64,000 nt of DNA, taken from contig JBGSMD010000012.1 in NCBI GenBank assembly GCA_041740355.1, positions 1-64,000 on the forward strand. Direction: 5' to 3'. How positions within the stretch are numbered: the first letter of the stretch is position 1; every line of letters begins with the position of its first letter. The stretch comes from Bdellovibrionota bacterium (GTDB lineage Bacteria > Bdellovibrionota_C > UBA2361 > CALJRW01). Below are positions 38,646-49,406 of the stretch, in pieces. Below the pieces are notes generated by a model. The model saw only the letters and a list, made by a program, of their open reading frames with translations, searched no databases and had not been told where the DNA came from. Position numbers and translations under genes: made by a program.

Positions 38646-40160
38646 CTACCCAGCGTTATCAATTCGATCAAGATTCTCGACACTAGATGTTCCGCTTTCC
38701 ACTAAAGTCATCTCAGAGACACGAGTAATCCTAGCGTCTTGATGTAAATCTTTAATCGTCAGGACTCCAACATTGCACATTGTTGACTTGATCTTAGCGA
38801 CAGTAATATCAACTTTTTCAGCTAACGGTCCGCTGTAAGGAACGTAAGCATCAACGCCTTCTTCAAAGATTAATTTATTCTGTTCAGACTGTTTGTATCG
38901 TTGCCAGTTACGGGCACGGTTAGAACCTTCACCCCAATAAGGTTTGTAGGCTACACCCTTATAAGTTATTCGTGGTGTTGGGCTTTCTGCGGTCATTGCA
39001 AAATATTTACCCATCATTACAAAATCAGCACCCATGGCTAAGGCCATAATAATATCTGTATCGGAATTCAAACCACCATCGGAACAAACTGGAACATAAA
39101 TACCAGTCTTTTGATAATACTGATCCCGCGCTTCACAGACTTCTTGCACCGCCGAGGCTTGTCCCCGACCAATGCCCTTCTGGCTACGAGTAATACAAAT
39201 AGAACCTCCACCAATTCCAACTTTCACAAAATCTACGTCGGCTTCTTCCACCAAATAATGGAATCCTTCAGCCGTAACGACATTACCACCACCAAGCGTA
39301 ATCTTATCACCATACTTAGCGCGCATATCTTTAATCGCTATCTTTTGCCATTCAGTAAATCCATCAGAAGAGTCCAAACAAAGACAATCAACTCCAGCAG
39401 CAACTAAGGCGGCCGCTCGCTCTTGATAATCAAAAGTATTTAAACCAGCAGCTACAAAAAGGCGTTTCTCCGGATCCGTTAACTCATCTGGGTTAGTCTT
39501 ATGATCATAATAATCACGCCGAAAAACTAAAGCTTTTAAACAACCGTGGCTATCAATAATGGGCAGACATTCTTTTTTGTGCTCCCAAAGTTTTAAAGTT
39601 GCCTCTTTTAGACTAATGCCTTCCGTTCCATAAAACAACTTATCCATGGGAGTATAAAACTCACTAATTGGACGACTTAAATCATCATGGAACTCCCAAA
39701 AATCTTTACTGGTGAGAATTCCTAAAAGTTTAGAATTTTTTTTGCCGTCTTCGGTAATTGCAATTGTGGAGTGTCCTGTTAAATCTCTAAGTTTAATAGC
39801 ATCTGACAGAAGATTTGTTGGCGCAAGGTTAGAATCAGAATCTACAAAACCAGCTTTATGTTCTTTAACTTGGCGAATCATTTCTGCTTGTTGCTCAATT
39901 GATTGAGAACAAAAAACAAAGGCCGCGCCACCCTTCCGAGCTAAGGCGATTGCTAAATCACCACCAGAAACTGATTGCATGGCGGCAGAAACAAGTGGAA
40001 CATTTAGAACCTGTGAGGGACCTTGAGACTTGTGATATTTTTTTATGGGAACCTGTAGGTTTACATTTGCTGGTACATGTTTGACAGTTGTCAGACCAGG
40101 CAACAACAGGAATTCTTTGAATGTACGAGATATTTCAGAAATTATTTGAGCCATGCTCAT
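38646..40160 (-). CDS. guaB: IMP dehydrogenase (CBS-domain type)
   Basis: KVGIGGGSICITR, SDGG, YWGEGS and EEGV motifs. Confidence 0.9.
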   Translation of the reverse strand: MSMAQIISEISRTFKEFLLLPGLTTVKHVPANVNLQVPIKKYHKSQGPSQVLNVPLVSAAMQSVSGGDLAIALARKGGAAFVFCSQSIEQQAEMIRQVKEHKAGFVDSDSNLAPTNLLSDAIKLRDLTGHSTIAITEDGKKNSKLLGILTSKDFWEFHDDLSRPISEFYTPMDKLFYGTEGISLKEATLKLWEHKKECLPIIDSHGCLKALVFRRDYYDHKTNPDELTDPEKRLFVAAGLNTFDYQERAAALVAAGVDCLCLDSSDGFTEWQKIAIKDMRAKYGDKITLGGGNVVTAEGFHYLVEEADVDFVKVGIGGGSICITRSQKGIGRGQASAVQEVCEARDQYYQKTGIYVPVCSDGGLNSDTDIIMALAMGADFVMMGKYFAMTAESPTPRITYKGVAYKPYWGEGSNRARNWQRYKQSEQNKLIFEEGVDAYVPYSGPLAEKVDITVAKIKSTMCNVGVLTIKDLHQDARITRVSEMTLVESGTSSVENLDRIDNAG

Positions 40161-40336
40161 TTATAGCAAAACTAAAAACCTAAGACAAATCAGCTAAAAA
40201 CCTGAAGGATTATTGCTTTTTTATCAATCCAGCAGGAGTAACTATTCTGCTTTATACATCACTAGTTTCTAATTGGGCATAAACTATATAGGGGTAGTAA
40301 TTACTACAAAAAATAAGGTTTTTAAAAGGTTCAAAT

Positions 40337-41329
40337 TTGAAATCACAAGATATCTCTGTGCCACAAGTAGCTGGCAAGACTTCAGTAATAGAACAATCTA
40401 CAACATCACTAAAAGAATCTTCATTCTCTAATCTTAGTAAAGTCGCTTGGTGTGTAAGCGCCTTAACCTTTTCGACTAATACAATAAGGGCAAAAGAAGT
40501 AAGTCTAGCTTGGGATCCCAACCCTGAAACTAACATTACTTCATACACAATCCATAATGGAGCACAGAGTGGAACATATACAAATCAAATTAATGTTGGA
40601 AACAACGTTACTAGCACAATTAACAATCTGGACTCAGCTAAAACTTATCATTTCGCTGTTCAAGCAACAAATCAGAAAGGTGAAAGAAGTGAGTACTCTA
40701 ATGAATTAATTTATGTAACTAACAATCAGTTTAATGCCACAAGCAACTCATTAGGTACCCTAACATTAAGTTGGAAGAATCCTGACGATTTACCTAACTC
40801 CACTAATACAAGAATTTATTTTAGTAAGAAGTTAGGAGAAAGCACCAAAATGCTTACTGCCCAACCAGAAGTAGAAAGGCTTAGTATTTCCGGGTTAGAT
40901 GTTGGACAGCTTTATTATGTCACTACACAACAAATAGACCCTATCTCAAAAACAACAAGCAGTCTTGCCCCAGTAACAAGTGTAATAATTAGGTGGAATG
41001 GAACAGAACAACAAGAAAACGTAGTTTCTCAAAACACAGCGATTACTTCCACTCAACAATTTGCAACTAACATACCCGCAATCTTAAATCTTCATAACAA
41101 GATTGAAGTAACATCGGTCAATCCAAATTTAATGAGATTAGTTATTACTGGTATTCCAGGTGAAAGAGTCCTGCTACAAAAAACAGATCATTTGCTTAAT
41201 GTACCCTTTAAAACGATTGTCGGAATTCAAATTCCAAGTACTGGCAAGCTAACCTATCTGGATCCAAAAACTACCGCGAATGGATTTTATCGAATTGTTG
41301 GCGAGGGAGTTCCTGGTGTAGACAAATAA
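40337..41329 (+). CDS. fibronectin type III domain protein
   Basis: VSLAWDPN...TYHFAVQATN...SEYSNE and a second FN3-like repeat; C-terminal YLDP...FYRIV domain. Confidence 0.8.
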   Translation: MKSQDISVPQVAGKTSVIEQSTTSLKESSFSNLSKVAWCVSALTFSTNTIRAKEVSLAWDPNPETNITSYTIHNGAQSGTYTNQINVGNNVTSTINNLDSAKTYHFAVQATNQKGERSEYSNELIYVTNNQFNATSNSLGTLTLSWKNPDDLPNSTNTRIYFSKKLGESTKMLTAQPEVERLSISGLDVGQLYYVTTQQIDPISKTTSSLAPVTSVIIRWNGTEQQENVVSQNTAITSTQQFATNIPAILNLHNKIEVTSVNPNLMRLVITGIPGERVLLQKTDHLLNVPFKTIVGIQIPSTGKLTYLDPKTTANGFYRIVGEGVPGVDK

Positions 41330-41358
41330 GTTCCTTGATTAGCAAGTAGCTTGAAAAT

Positions 41359-42603
41359 TTAAATAGTACTTAAAATAAATTTTGCCAACAACTCAATATG
41401 TGCCGTCTGTGGGAACATATCCACTAGTTCGATAAACTCAATTTTATAACCTCTAGTTATTAAATACTTAGCATCACGGGCAAAAGTAGCTGGGTTACAA
41501 CTAATATAAATAATCTCTTTAGTTTTAGTTAAGTCAGCCTTTTGCAAAGCATCTTTGGCTCCAGCACGTGGAGGATCTAAGACTAAGGATTCTTGAATCT
41601 TATTCCTAGCAACGAAATCTTCGGCTTTAGAACGAATGAAATGTAAATTCTTCAGCTTTAATTTAGTAATTTGCTCTTGGGCGAAACCCACTAACTCGCG
41701 ATCCAATTCAACTGCAACAACTTTATCTACTTGTTGATGAATCGGAAAAGTAAAGTTTCCACCTCCGGCGTAAAGTTCAGTTACTATTTTTCCCTTTAGG
41801 TTTTTTAATAATAATTGCTGCAGATATTTATTACCGGCAGGGTTTACTTGTGAAAAGTGACCTAAGGAATTTTCTTCCCTAATGTTAGAAAATAAAATCT
41901 GGCGCCCATGAATAATTTGCATTCGATCAAACTTAGTTTTTAGCTTGGTTAAAGCATTAACGGATTCTATCGGACAGTTTCGTATTTTGGGATCAATTTT
42001 AAATAATACATGCGGACTTCCCTGATCGACATCTTCAACTGTTACACCGCTTAATGATGCTGGAAATGAACTTTGCTGATCAATTAAGGTTGCTAATAAT
42101 TGATTAATCTTATCTTGTGCCAATAAGCAATGATCAATCGCAATAATTTGATTGGAGTCGACTTGGAAATAACCTAGCATTCCATCTTTCCAATGCAAAT
42201 TAATTCGCTTGCGATAATTATAGGCTGGTAAATTATGTTCAAATGCTCTTAGTTTGCCCTGATATTCATCGCCGGAAATTTTCTTAAAGGTCTGTAAGAA
42301 TAAATCCTTTTTTAATTTTCGTTGCCCAGCAATTTCTAAATGCTGCAAGTTACACCCACCACATTCTCCAAAATATTTGCAGGGCGGGGAAATTCTATTT
42401 GCCGCCGGCTCGGAAATAGTAATTAATTCTGCCTCAATAAACTGCTTTTGTTGCTTGAGTACTTTTAGCTCGACAACTTCAGCAGGTAAAACATTTGGAG
42501 CAAAGACAGTCATCCCAACCAAAGTTGAATCCTCTGCCCGCGTAACGGTTCCAGCAAAACGACCATCGGAACATAGCGCCCGCATCTTAGCAGTAATTTT
42601 CAT
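41359..42603 (-). CDS. rlmD: 23S rRNA m5U methyltransferase (RlmD/TrmA family)
   Basis: TRAM domain, CGGCNLQH, FSQVN, LDPPR, YISCNP and DMFPQTAHIE motifs. Confidence 0.85.
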   Translation of the reverse strand: MKITAKMRALCSDGRFAGTVTRAEDSTLVGMTVFAPNVLPAEVVELKVLKQQKQFIEAELITISEPAANRISPPCKYFGECGGCNLQHLEIAGQRKLKKDLFLQTFKKISGDEYQGKLRAFEHNLPAYNYRKRINLHWKDGMLGYFQVDSNQIIAIDHCLLAQDKINQLLATLIDQQSSFPASLSGVTVEDVDQGSPHVLFKIDPKIRNCPIESVNALTKLKTKFDRMQIIHGRQILFSNIREENSLGHFSQVNPAGNKYLQQLLLKNLKGKIVTELYAGGGNFTFPIHQQVDKVVAVELDRELVGFAQEQITKLKLKNLHFIRSKAEDFVARNKIQESLVLDPPRAGAKDALQKADLTKTKEIIYISCNPATFARDAKYLITRGYKIEFIELVDMFPQTAHIELLAKFILSTI

Positions 42604-42722
42604 ATGATAATCTTAAAAAAACAATTGGATGGTTCTATCAGTGTTTTTAGATCTTAAACTAAAGCCATCACGTCCTAGTCTTATAGGAGTTTAGTCAAAA
42701 GAAAGCTATAGACTTACTAGCC

Positions 42723-43856
42723 TCATAATTTATGTGTGTCATAACTGATGCTAAGTGCAATTCCCGAGAGAAACATCACATTAAACATCGCCGATCCTCC
42801 ATAGCTGATATAAGGGAGTGGGATTCCGACAACCGGCAGGATTCCAATTACCATCCCAACGTTGACAAAGACATGAACTAAAAGATAAAAGGCAAAACCA
42901 ATACAAAAATATGACTGAAAAAGATGCTTAGTTCGTGTCGCCATACTCATCAACTTCAAAATTAACGACAAGTATAGTGTCAAAAGAATAGAACATCCAA
43001 AAAATCCCCACTCCTCGGATAAAGCTGAAAAAATAAAATCAGTTGTATGTTCTGGTAAAAACTCTAACTGTGTTTGGGTACCTTTCAAAAAGCCTTTGCC
43101 AAAAATTTCTCCCGATCCAATAGCAATTTTAGATTGAATAGTGTGATATCCCTGCCCCAGAGGATCCGCTTCCGGATTAAACAAGGTCTTAACTCGATTT
43201 TGTTGATATGGCTTGAGCACGAAGTTCCAAGCAATTGGTGCCAAGAAAATCCCAATCAAGGCTAAGACCGCTAAAACTTTAAAGCGGACTCCTGAAACTA
43301 AATACATTCCCGCAACAATCCCCAGAAAGGCTAAGGACGTACCCAGATCGGGTTGAACTAAAATTAACATCAAGGGAATAATCATTACAATAAATGGTAG
43401 AAACAAATCTTTCCAGCTAGCAAGTTTAGTCATATCTTTGTAGGTTGATAGATACCAAGAAAAGAAAATAATTCCAGCAATTTTTGCTAATTCTGAAGGT
43501 TGAAAGTGAATTGGGCCAATTGGAATCCAACGAGAAGAACCTTTGGCACTATGACCAGCAAAAATTACAATTAGTAATAATATTATTGTTAGCAGATAAA
43601 GCGGGATGGAAATTTTTGCTAAACGTTTAGTGCCTACGAAAAATCCAATTGCTAAAGGCACAATTCCCAGAAGCATATTCTGAAACTGCCGAATAAAGTA
43701 ATTACTGGAAATCTCTAAGGGCAACCAAGAAAAGAGTCGCACACTGTGATCAGGATTATAACCTGCACTGTAAAGTAATAATAATCCTAGAGACATCAGT
43801 CCTAGAATTGGCAAGATAAGAAATAAATCTATTTTTTTAGATAATTGGAAGAACAT
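42723..43856 (-). CDS. rodA: rod shape-determining SEDS glycosyltransferase RodA
   Basis: FQPSELAK, QPDLGT, FLPEHTTDFIF and SYGGS motifs. Confidence 0.95.
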   Translation of the reverse strand: MFFQLSKKIDLFLILPILGLMSLGLLLLYSAGYNPDHSVRLFSWLPLEISSNYFIRQFQNMLLGIVPLAIGFFVGTKRLAKISIPLYLLTIILLLIVIFAGHSAKGSSRWIPIGPIHFQPSELAKIAGIIFFSWYLSTYKDMTKLASWKDLFLPFIVMIIPLMLILVQPDLGTSLAFLGIVAGMYLVSGVRFKVLAVLALIGIFLAPIAWNFVLKPYQQNRVKTLFNPEADPLGQGYHTIQSKIAIGSGEIFGKGFLKGTQTQLEFLPEHTTDFIFSALSEEWGFFGCSILLTLYLSLILKLMSMATRTKHLFQSYFCIGFAFYLLVHVFVNVGMVIGILPVVGIPLPYISYGGSAMFNVMFLSGIALSISYDTHKL

Positions 43857-43887
43857 TAATTAACCAACAGAAAAGTAACTGTAAAAT

Positions 43888-44727
43888 TTACTGACAATTT
43901 TCTGCCTTAATCTTTAAGGCTTCCGCTTGCCAGTTATTAAGCTGCCTAATGCGAGTATCGGTAGCTGGATGCGTTGATAGAAATTCCGTTGGCTGGCTAG
44001 ATTTTACTTTCCCCATTCTCTCCCAAAGTTTAGGAGCTTCTGCCGGATCAAAACATGCCTTGGCTAAAAAAACTAAACCAATATAATCTGCTTCGGATTC
44101 ATGTTTTCTGGAAAAAGGTAATTGTAATCCAAACTGTGCTCCTATTCCTAAAGCCCCTAACACCATTCGTTGTTGATCATTACTCATCTCTCCGACCGAC
44201 ATCCCAACTGCCATAGTTCCAAGCTGCACAAACTTTTCTTGTGTCATTCTCTCCGCACCATGACGAGCAATAACATGCGCGACTTCATGCCCGATAACTG
44301 CAGCTAAACCAGATTCGTTTTCTGCTAAAGCCAATAATCCGGAATAAACCGCGATTTTACCACCTGGCAAAGCAAAGGCATTTGCTTGATCCGATTCAAT
44401 CAAATTAACTTCCCACTCTAAGTCATCACGATCGCTTACCGCAATAATTCGATTAGCAACCCGCCGAACCATTTCTAATTCTGGACCAGAATTAATAACT
44501 TTCGATTCAGATAAAATTTGCTGATAGGAGGAATATGCCAATGGTGCTATTTGTTGTTCACTCACAGCGACTAATTGTGTCCGACCACTGTAAGGCACTG
44601 TCTGTTGGCTACTTTGATAATAGTAAATCATTACCAAAGCAAAAATTAATACTGGCCAAACTTTAAATTTACCAGTTCGCTGTCCAGGCAAACGAAAACT
44701 ACTTAGTGGGTTTCGGGAGAATTGCAT
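43888..44727 (-). CDS. M48 family zinc metalloprotease (LoiP/YfgC-like)
   Basis: NAFALPGG, GHEVAH, FSRKHESEAD and FLSTHP motifs. Confidence 0.92.
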   Translation of the reverse strand: MQFSRNPLSSFRLPGQRTGKFKVWPVLIFALVMIYYYQSSQQTVPYSGRTQLVAVSEQQIAPLAYSSYQQILSESKVINSGPELEMVRRVANRIIAVSDRDDLEWEVNLIESDQANAFALPGGKIAVYSGLLALAENESGLAAVIGHEVAHVIARHGAERMTQEKFVQLGTMAVGMSVGEMSNDQQRMVLGALGIGAQFGLQLPFSRKHESEADYIGLVFLAKACFDPAEAPKLWERMGKVKSSQPTEFLSTHPATDTRIRQLNNWQAEALKIKAENCQ

Positions 44728-46534
44728 TTTGATCCTTTATTTGATTACGATAATAACTTAATAAAACTTCACGCGCGATAGGTGCTGCCGAGACTCCTCC
44801 ATGTCCACCATGCTCAACTAAAACAAAAATAGCAATTTCAGGCTCTTCCTGTGGAGCATAGCCGATAAACATAGCATGATTTTCGCTATCTTTTCCAAGT
44901 AAATTTTTAGAAGACTTAGTTTGAGAAGTAGCTGTTTTTCCGGCGACAATGATCCCTGTTTCTTTTTCAATACTGGCACGTTTACCTGTTCCTCTTGGAG
45001 AATTGACAACAGACCAAAGTCCTAACTTTATTGCAGCTAATTGTTCGGGATTAATATCAACATGCCGCAGAATCCGACCTTGATCTAAGGGAGCACCTTT
45101 TATTAAAGTTGGTTGAATTAAAATCCCACCATTTAATAGTGTGCCTAGTGCTCGTATAATTTGAATTGGGGTAATTGAGACTGCCCCTTGTCCAATGGCC
45201 ACGGAAGGAGTTTCTCCTGGATACCAAATTTGATCTTCTGCTTTTTTAAAAGCTTTCTTCTTCCATTCGGTTGAAGGAACTAAACCTTTCGTTTCACCGC
45301 TTAGATCTATTCCGGTTAACTCCCCAAGTCCTAATTCGCTAGAATGTTTATGAATTCCATCAACACCTAGCTTAACACCAAGCTCATAAAAATAAACATT
45401 ACAAGACATTGCAAGGGCTGATTCTAAATTAACAACCCCATGCCCGCCACGTTTGTGACAATTAAATCTTGTCCGACCATTTAATAAAAAATATCCCGGG
45501 CAATTCACTCGATGCTCTGGATCTATTAATTTTTCATTTAATCCCGCGTAGCTCATGAAGATCTTAAAGATCGAGCCAGGAGGGTACGTACCAGAAATCG
45601 CCTTATTGTTAAGAGGACGCTCTGGATTTAAACCCAATTCCTGCCACTGTTCAGTGTTCAGGGGATAATTAAAAATATTGGGATCAAAGGAAGGTTTGGA
45701 TACTAAAGTTAGGATCTCTCCACTGTGAATATTCATGGCAATCACTGCCCCGTTATTCTCACCTAGACCTTGATAAGCTGCTTGCTGCATAAGTAGATCA
45801 ACGCTCGTTTCTAATTTGTGGCCTTCCCGATCAGGCCTAATTAACTTCTCATCGCGTTTTTGACCTTGAGCATTGACCGTAACAGAACGCACTCCTCTCG
45901 TACCTTGAAGCTTTTTTTCATAAACTTTTTCCAGACCTTGTTGGCCAATCCGGTCTCCCGCTAAATAACCCTTGTAGTCCGGATGATCTAACTGAGTTTG
46001 GCCGATTTCCCTTAGGTAGCCTAAAAGATGGGCATTGATTTCAGGGTAAAGATATTCTCGACGTGGGATAATATTAATTTGAATATTTGGATAACGATAG
46101 ATAGCCGCTGAAACTAACGCTAATTGGTCGCGGGATAAGTTGGAATATAATAAGCGGTTATGAAAACCTCGTCGTCCTTTATTTAAGGCTTGATACTTCT
46201 TTTCCATCAATTCACGTTCTTCGCCCAACAGCTCACTTAAGAAAGTAAAAATTTCCGCTAAGGAATTTTTCTTATCTGGTAATAATTCTAAGTCGAAGGA
46301 AGGTCGACTTCTAGCTAAAACTTCACCATGGCGATCATAAATGACTCCGCGGGGAGCTGTTAAGTATTCATATCTGATCCGATTATTTTCTGATAAATGC
46401 GAGAAGTGCTTGCCTTTAATAACTTGTAGATAGATCAGCCGGCAGAATAATAATGTAAATAAGAAAAAAATGATTATGCAAAAAATTCTAAGACGAGAAG
46501 TTAATGCCTGCTGAGTCGCTGGTGCTATTGCCAT
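44699..46534 (-). CDS. mrdA: penicillin-binding protein 2
   Basis: PRGVIYDR; SxxK (PGSIFK), SxN (SCNVY) and KTA(T) motifs. Confidence 0.95.
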   Translation of the reverse strand: MAIAPATQQALTSRLRIFCIIIFFLFTLLFCRLIYLQVIKGKHFSHLSENNRIRYEYLTAPRGVIYDRHGEVLARSRPSFDLELLPDKKNSLAEIFTFLSELLGEERELMEKKYQALNKGRRGFHNRLLYSNLSRDQLALVSAAIYRYPNIQINIIPRREYLYPEINAHLLGYLREIGQTQLDHPDYKGYLAGDRIGQQGLEKVYEKKLQGTRGVRSVTVNAQGQKRDEKLIRPDREGHKLETSVDLLMQQAAYQGLGENNGAVIAMNIHSGEILTLVSKPSFDPNIFNYPLNTEQWQELGLNPERPLNNKAISGTYPPGSIFKIFMSYAGLNEKLIDPEHRVNCPGYFLLNGRTRFNCHKRGGHGVVNLESALAMSCNVYFYELGVKLGVDGIHKHSSELGLGELTGIDLSGETKGLVPSTEWKKKAFKKAEDQIWYPGETPSVAIGQGAVSITPIQIIRALGTLLNGGILIQPTLIKGAPLDQGRILRHVDINPEQLAAIKLGLWSVVNSPRGTGKRASIEKETGIIVAGKTATSQTKSSKNLLGKDSENHAMFIGYAPQEEPEIAIFVLVEHGGHGGVSAAPIAREVLLSYYRNQIKDQNAILPKPTK

Positions 46535-46538
46535 TTAA

Positions 46539-47051
46539 TTAGATCTTAGAAGATGTTAAAAACCAACGAGATAAGATTGGGAAAATCAACGGTGCTATTA
46601 GTGCCGTAGCCAAGGCATCTTTCATTAATGCCACTAGATTACTAAGCCCAACATCTAAAAATATACTTTGAATTACTTGTTGAATTACAATCAAAAGTAG
46701 TGATCCAACAGCCCCCGAAATCACTAAGACAAATTGTGAGCTAATATAAAGATTATTGGCAATTGTGGAAAAAATAAGGAACACTAAAACACAGGCAATC
46801 ATTGAAGGTCCCAGCAGATTGGCTATCTGAAAATCTAAGAGCAAGCCTAAAAACCAACAAAATATTAATCCCCCTGTAGTTCTCCAATAAAAAGCAAGAA
46901 ACATGATTACGATCGCCAATAATTGCGGAACGTATTGTCCAGCAAAAAGATTACTAAAGATTGCTGTTTGCAAAACTAACAATAAGATTGTCAACATAAT
47001 CAAGGAGATCAATCTCGCGCTATCAGCACGAAAAGTTCGATTAACTTTCAT
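46539..47051 (-). CDS. mreD: rod shape-determining protein MreD
   Basis: Hydrophobic protein with GLLLD, between mreC and mrdA. Confidence 0.85.
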   Translation of the reverse strand: MKVNRTFRADSARLISLIMLTILLLVLQTAIFSNLFAGQYVPQLLAIVIMFLAFYWRTTGGLIFCWFLGLLLDFQIANLLGPSMIACVLVFLIFSTIANNLYISSQFVLVISGAVGSLLLIVIQQVIQSIFLDVGLSNLVALMKDALATALIAPLIFPILSRWFLTSSKI

Positions 47052-47856
47052 CAGTAGCTGTCTTTAAAAGATATACAGTTTCAATTCGATTCAGATTGCT
47101 AGCGGGCTTAATAAAGATTTCCTGAAACATCCCGGGACGCTGATTGTCAACTTGAATCACAACACCAACCGAAAGCCCATGAGGAAAAACTCCATCCGCA
47201 CCTGAAGTTATAATTCGGCTTCCAACTGCAACTGGTTGATCTTTAGGTAGGTACTTCCAGAGCAACAAGTTTTCCTTATCGCCTTGAACCACTCCCCGCG
47301 TCCGAGTCTCCTGACTAATACTATCAACACCACTCAAAGGATCGCTTATTAGTAAAATCTTGGAACTATTGCCTGTGACAGAAATAACTTGTCCTAACAA
47401 AGCAATCCCATCTACCGCTACCTGTTTTAACTCCACACCATCATTACTTCCTCGATCGATCGTAATTGTTTGTTGTTGGGATTTATTGGAATATGCAATT
47501 ACATTTGCGACCAATCCTTCCTGTTGTTGCAGTACTGAGAATTTTAAGATTTGATGCAATCGTTGATTTTCAATTTCACTCTCACGAAAGCGGGCATTTT
47601 CCGCTTGTAAGAACTCAACTTGCAGCTGTAGTTTTTGATTCTCCTCTTGAACATGAAAGAGGTTTATATAGTTATCAAAGTAATTAACAACCCAATTTCT
47701 ACTGTAGACAAAGGTACCGGCAATCGGTGAGGTAAAACCCATTACTACTTTATTACCAAACTGTGCCAAATAAAGATTACTATTGGAGTATGCCGTAAGT
47801 AACAGCGAGAGAAAAATTAGAATTGCTGTTAAAATGAAATTGGCTCTTTTTTCCAC
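47041..47856 (-). CDS. mreC: rod shape-determining protein MreC
   Basis: Coiled coil (ENQRL), IDRGSNDGV and TSGADGVFP. Confidence 0.93.
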   Translation of the reverse strand: MEKRANFILTAILIFLSLLLTAYSNSNLYLAQFGNKVVMGFTSPIAGTFVYSRNWVVNYFDNYINLFHVQEENQKLQLQVEFLQAENARFRESEIENQRLHQILKFSVLQQQEGLVANVIAYSNKSQQQTITIDRGSNDGVELKQVAVDGIALLGQVISVTGNSSKILLISDPLSGVDSISQETRTRGVVQGDKENLLLWKYLPKDQPVAVGSRIITSGADGVFPHGLSVGVVIQVDNQRPGMFQEIFIKPASNLNRIETVYLLKTATDES

Positions 47857-47871
47857 TAACCTTACAGTATA

Positions 47872-48888
47872 TTAATCAAGCATTAGCTCTTTAACTAAAT
47901 CGAGCCGATCTAGAATTGCACCAGCACCCATTACCACAGTTGTTAATGGATTTGCTGCAACGGCAACAGGCAGATTAGTTTTTTCAGAAATCAAGCGATC
48001 AATATTTTTAAGCAGGGATCCACCACCTGTCATAGTAATCCCGTGATCATAAATATCGACTGCTAATTCGGGAGGAGTTTTTTCTAATGCTAATCGCACT
48101 GCTTCAATAATCTGATTAATTGGCTCGGCTAAGGCTTTACGAACATGGGGAGTACCGATCATTGTAGTTTTAGGAACTCCTTGCAGAAGGTCCCGACCTC
48201 TTATTTCAATCTCTTTATCCTCGCCATCATCCATTGCACTGCCGATCTCAATTTTAATTTGCTCAGCAGTTCGCTCTCCAATTAACATATTGAAATGCCG
48301 ACGAACATAATTCTGAATGGCATCATCCATCACATCCCCGCCGATCCGCACGGATTGAGAATAGACAATTCCTTTCATAGAGATGATAGCGATCTCAGTA
48401 GTTCCACCACCAATATCAATAATCATATTGCCACAGGCGGCGGTAATCGGAAGTCCCGCCCCAATAGCTGCCGCAATTGGCTCTTCAATTAAATAAACTT
48501 CCCGAGCTCCCGCAGATTCAGCAGCTTCCTTAACTGCTCGCTTTTCAACTTCAGTTACACCATAAGGTACACAAATAATAATTCGAGGTTTGAAGATACT
48601 TGTTAGGCTGGAGGTTTTTTTGATTACTTCTCGAAGCATAGCTTGAGCCAATTCAAAATCAGCGATCACTCCATTTCTTAAGGGGCGAATAGCCCGGATC
48701 TTCTCTGGAGTCCGACCAATCATCTTCTTGGCCTCATGTCCTACCGCCAATACTTTGCGACGACCACTATTATTTAACCCAACCGCCACAACACAAGGCT
48801 CATTATAAACAATTCCTTCTCCTTGCGCATAAACCAACAAATTTGCAGTCCCTAGATCGATTGCTAGATTTTTTGTAAAGAATTTCAA
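47872..48888 (-). CDS. mreB: actin-like protein MreB
   Basis: IDLGTAN, DIGGGTTE and TGGGSLL motifs. Confidence 0.97.
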   Translation of the reverse strand: MKFFTKNLAIDLGTANLLVYAQGEGIVYNEPCVVAVGLNNSGRRKVLAVGHEAKKMIGRTPEKIRAIRPLRNGVIADFELAQAMLREVIKKTSSLTSIFKPRIIICVPYGVTEVEKRAVKEAAESAGAREVYLIEEPIAAAIGAGLPITAACGNMIIDIGGGTTEIAIISMKGIVYSQSVRIGGDVMDDAIQNYVRRHFNMLIGERTAEQIKIEIGSAMDDGEDKEIEIRGRDLLQGVPKTTMIGTPHVRKALAEPINQIIEAVRLALEKTPPELAVDIYDHGITMTGGGSLLKNIDRLISEKTNLPVAVAANPLTTVVMGAGAILDRLDLVKELMLD

Positions 48889-48987
48889 TGAGTTACGGAT
48901 TGATAAAGTGAGGTGTGTTTTATATCACTGGGGTTTTGCAAAATCAAGGAGAGGCAGCCTTTTCCACACAATATCATCCTTAGCCCT

Positions 48988-49128
48988 TATAATCAGTCCA
49001 AAAAGTAATTTTTGAAGCGAATTGTTATTTGCGGCTTCCTTTCCCTTAGAGGTTAAAATTCATCTAGTTATAACAAAAATCTCCCAACTAACTTTAAACA
49101 ATTGGTAATTACTTTTTGTCATAACAAT
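48988..49128. repeat. family-1 repeat, diverged copy
   Basis: TATAATCAGTCCAAAAAGTAATT...AATTACTTTTTGTCATAAC with degenerate internal arms. Confidence 0.75.
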
Positions 49129-49406
49129 AAATGGTTTATCGAAGCCTTTTTGACTCTTAACCCTGCTTGTTCAAAGTATAGTAGAAACTACCTTAAAGGG
49201 AATTGGAACTTTCATAGTAATGTTAACTGAACACGGATGAAACCTTTAATCACTCTAGATCATCATTATATGTAAGGTTATGGAACTTTCTTAGTAGCTT
49301 TACCTAACCGCGACAGCAAGGTTGTTTAGGTAAATATAAAATTCTCATTTTCAACATAAGGAAGTTGAAAATATTAGGGTTTGCAAGGATAAGTTCAGAT
49401 AATCTT

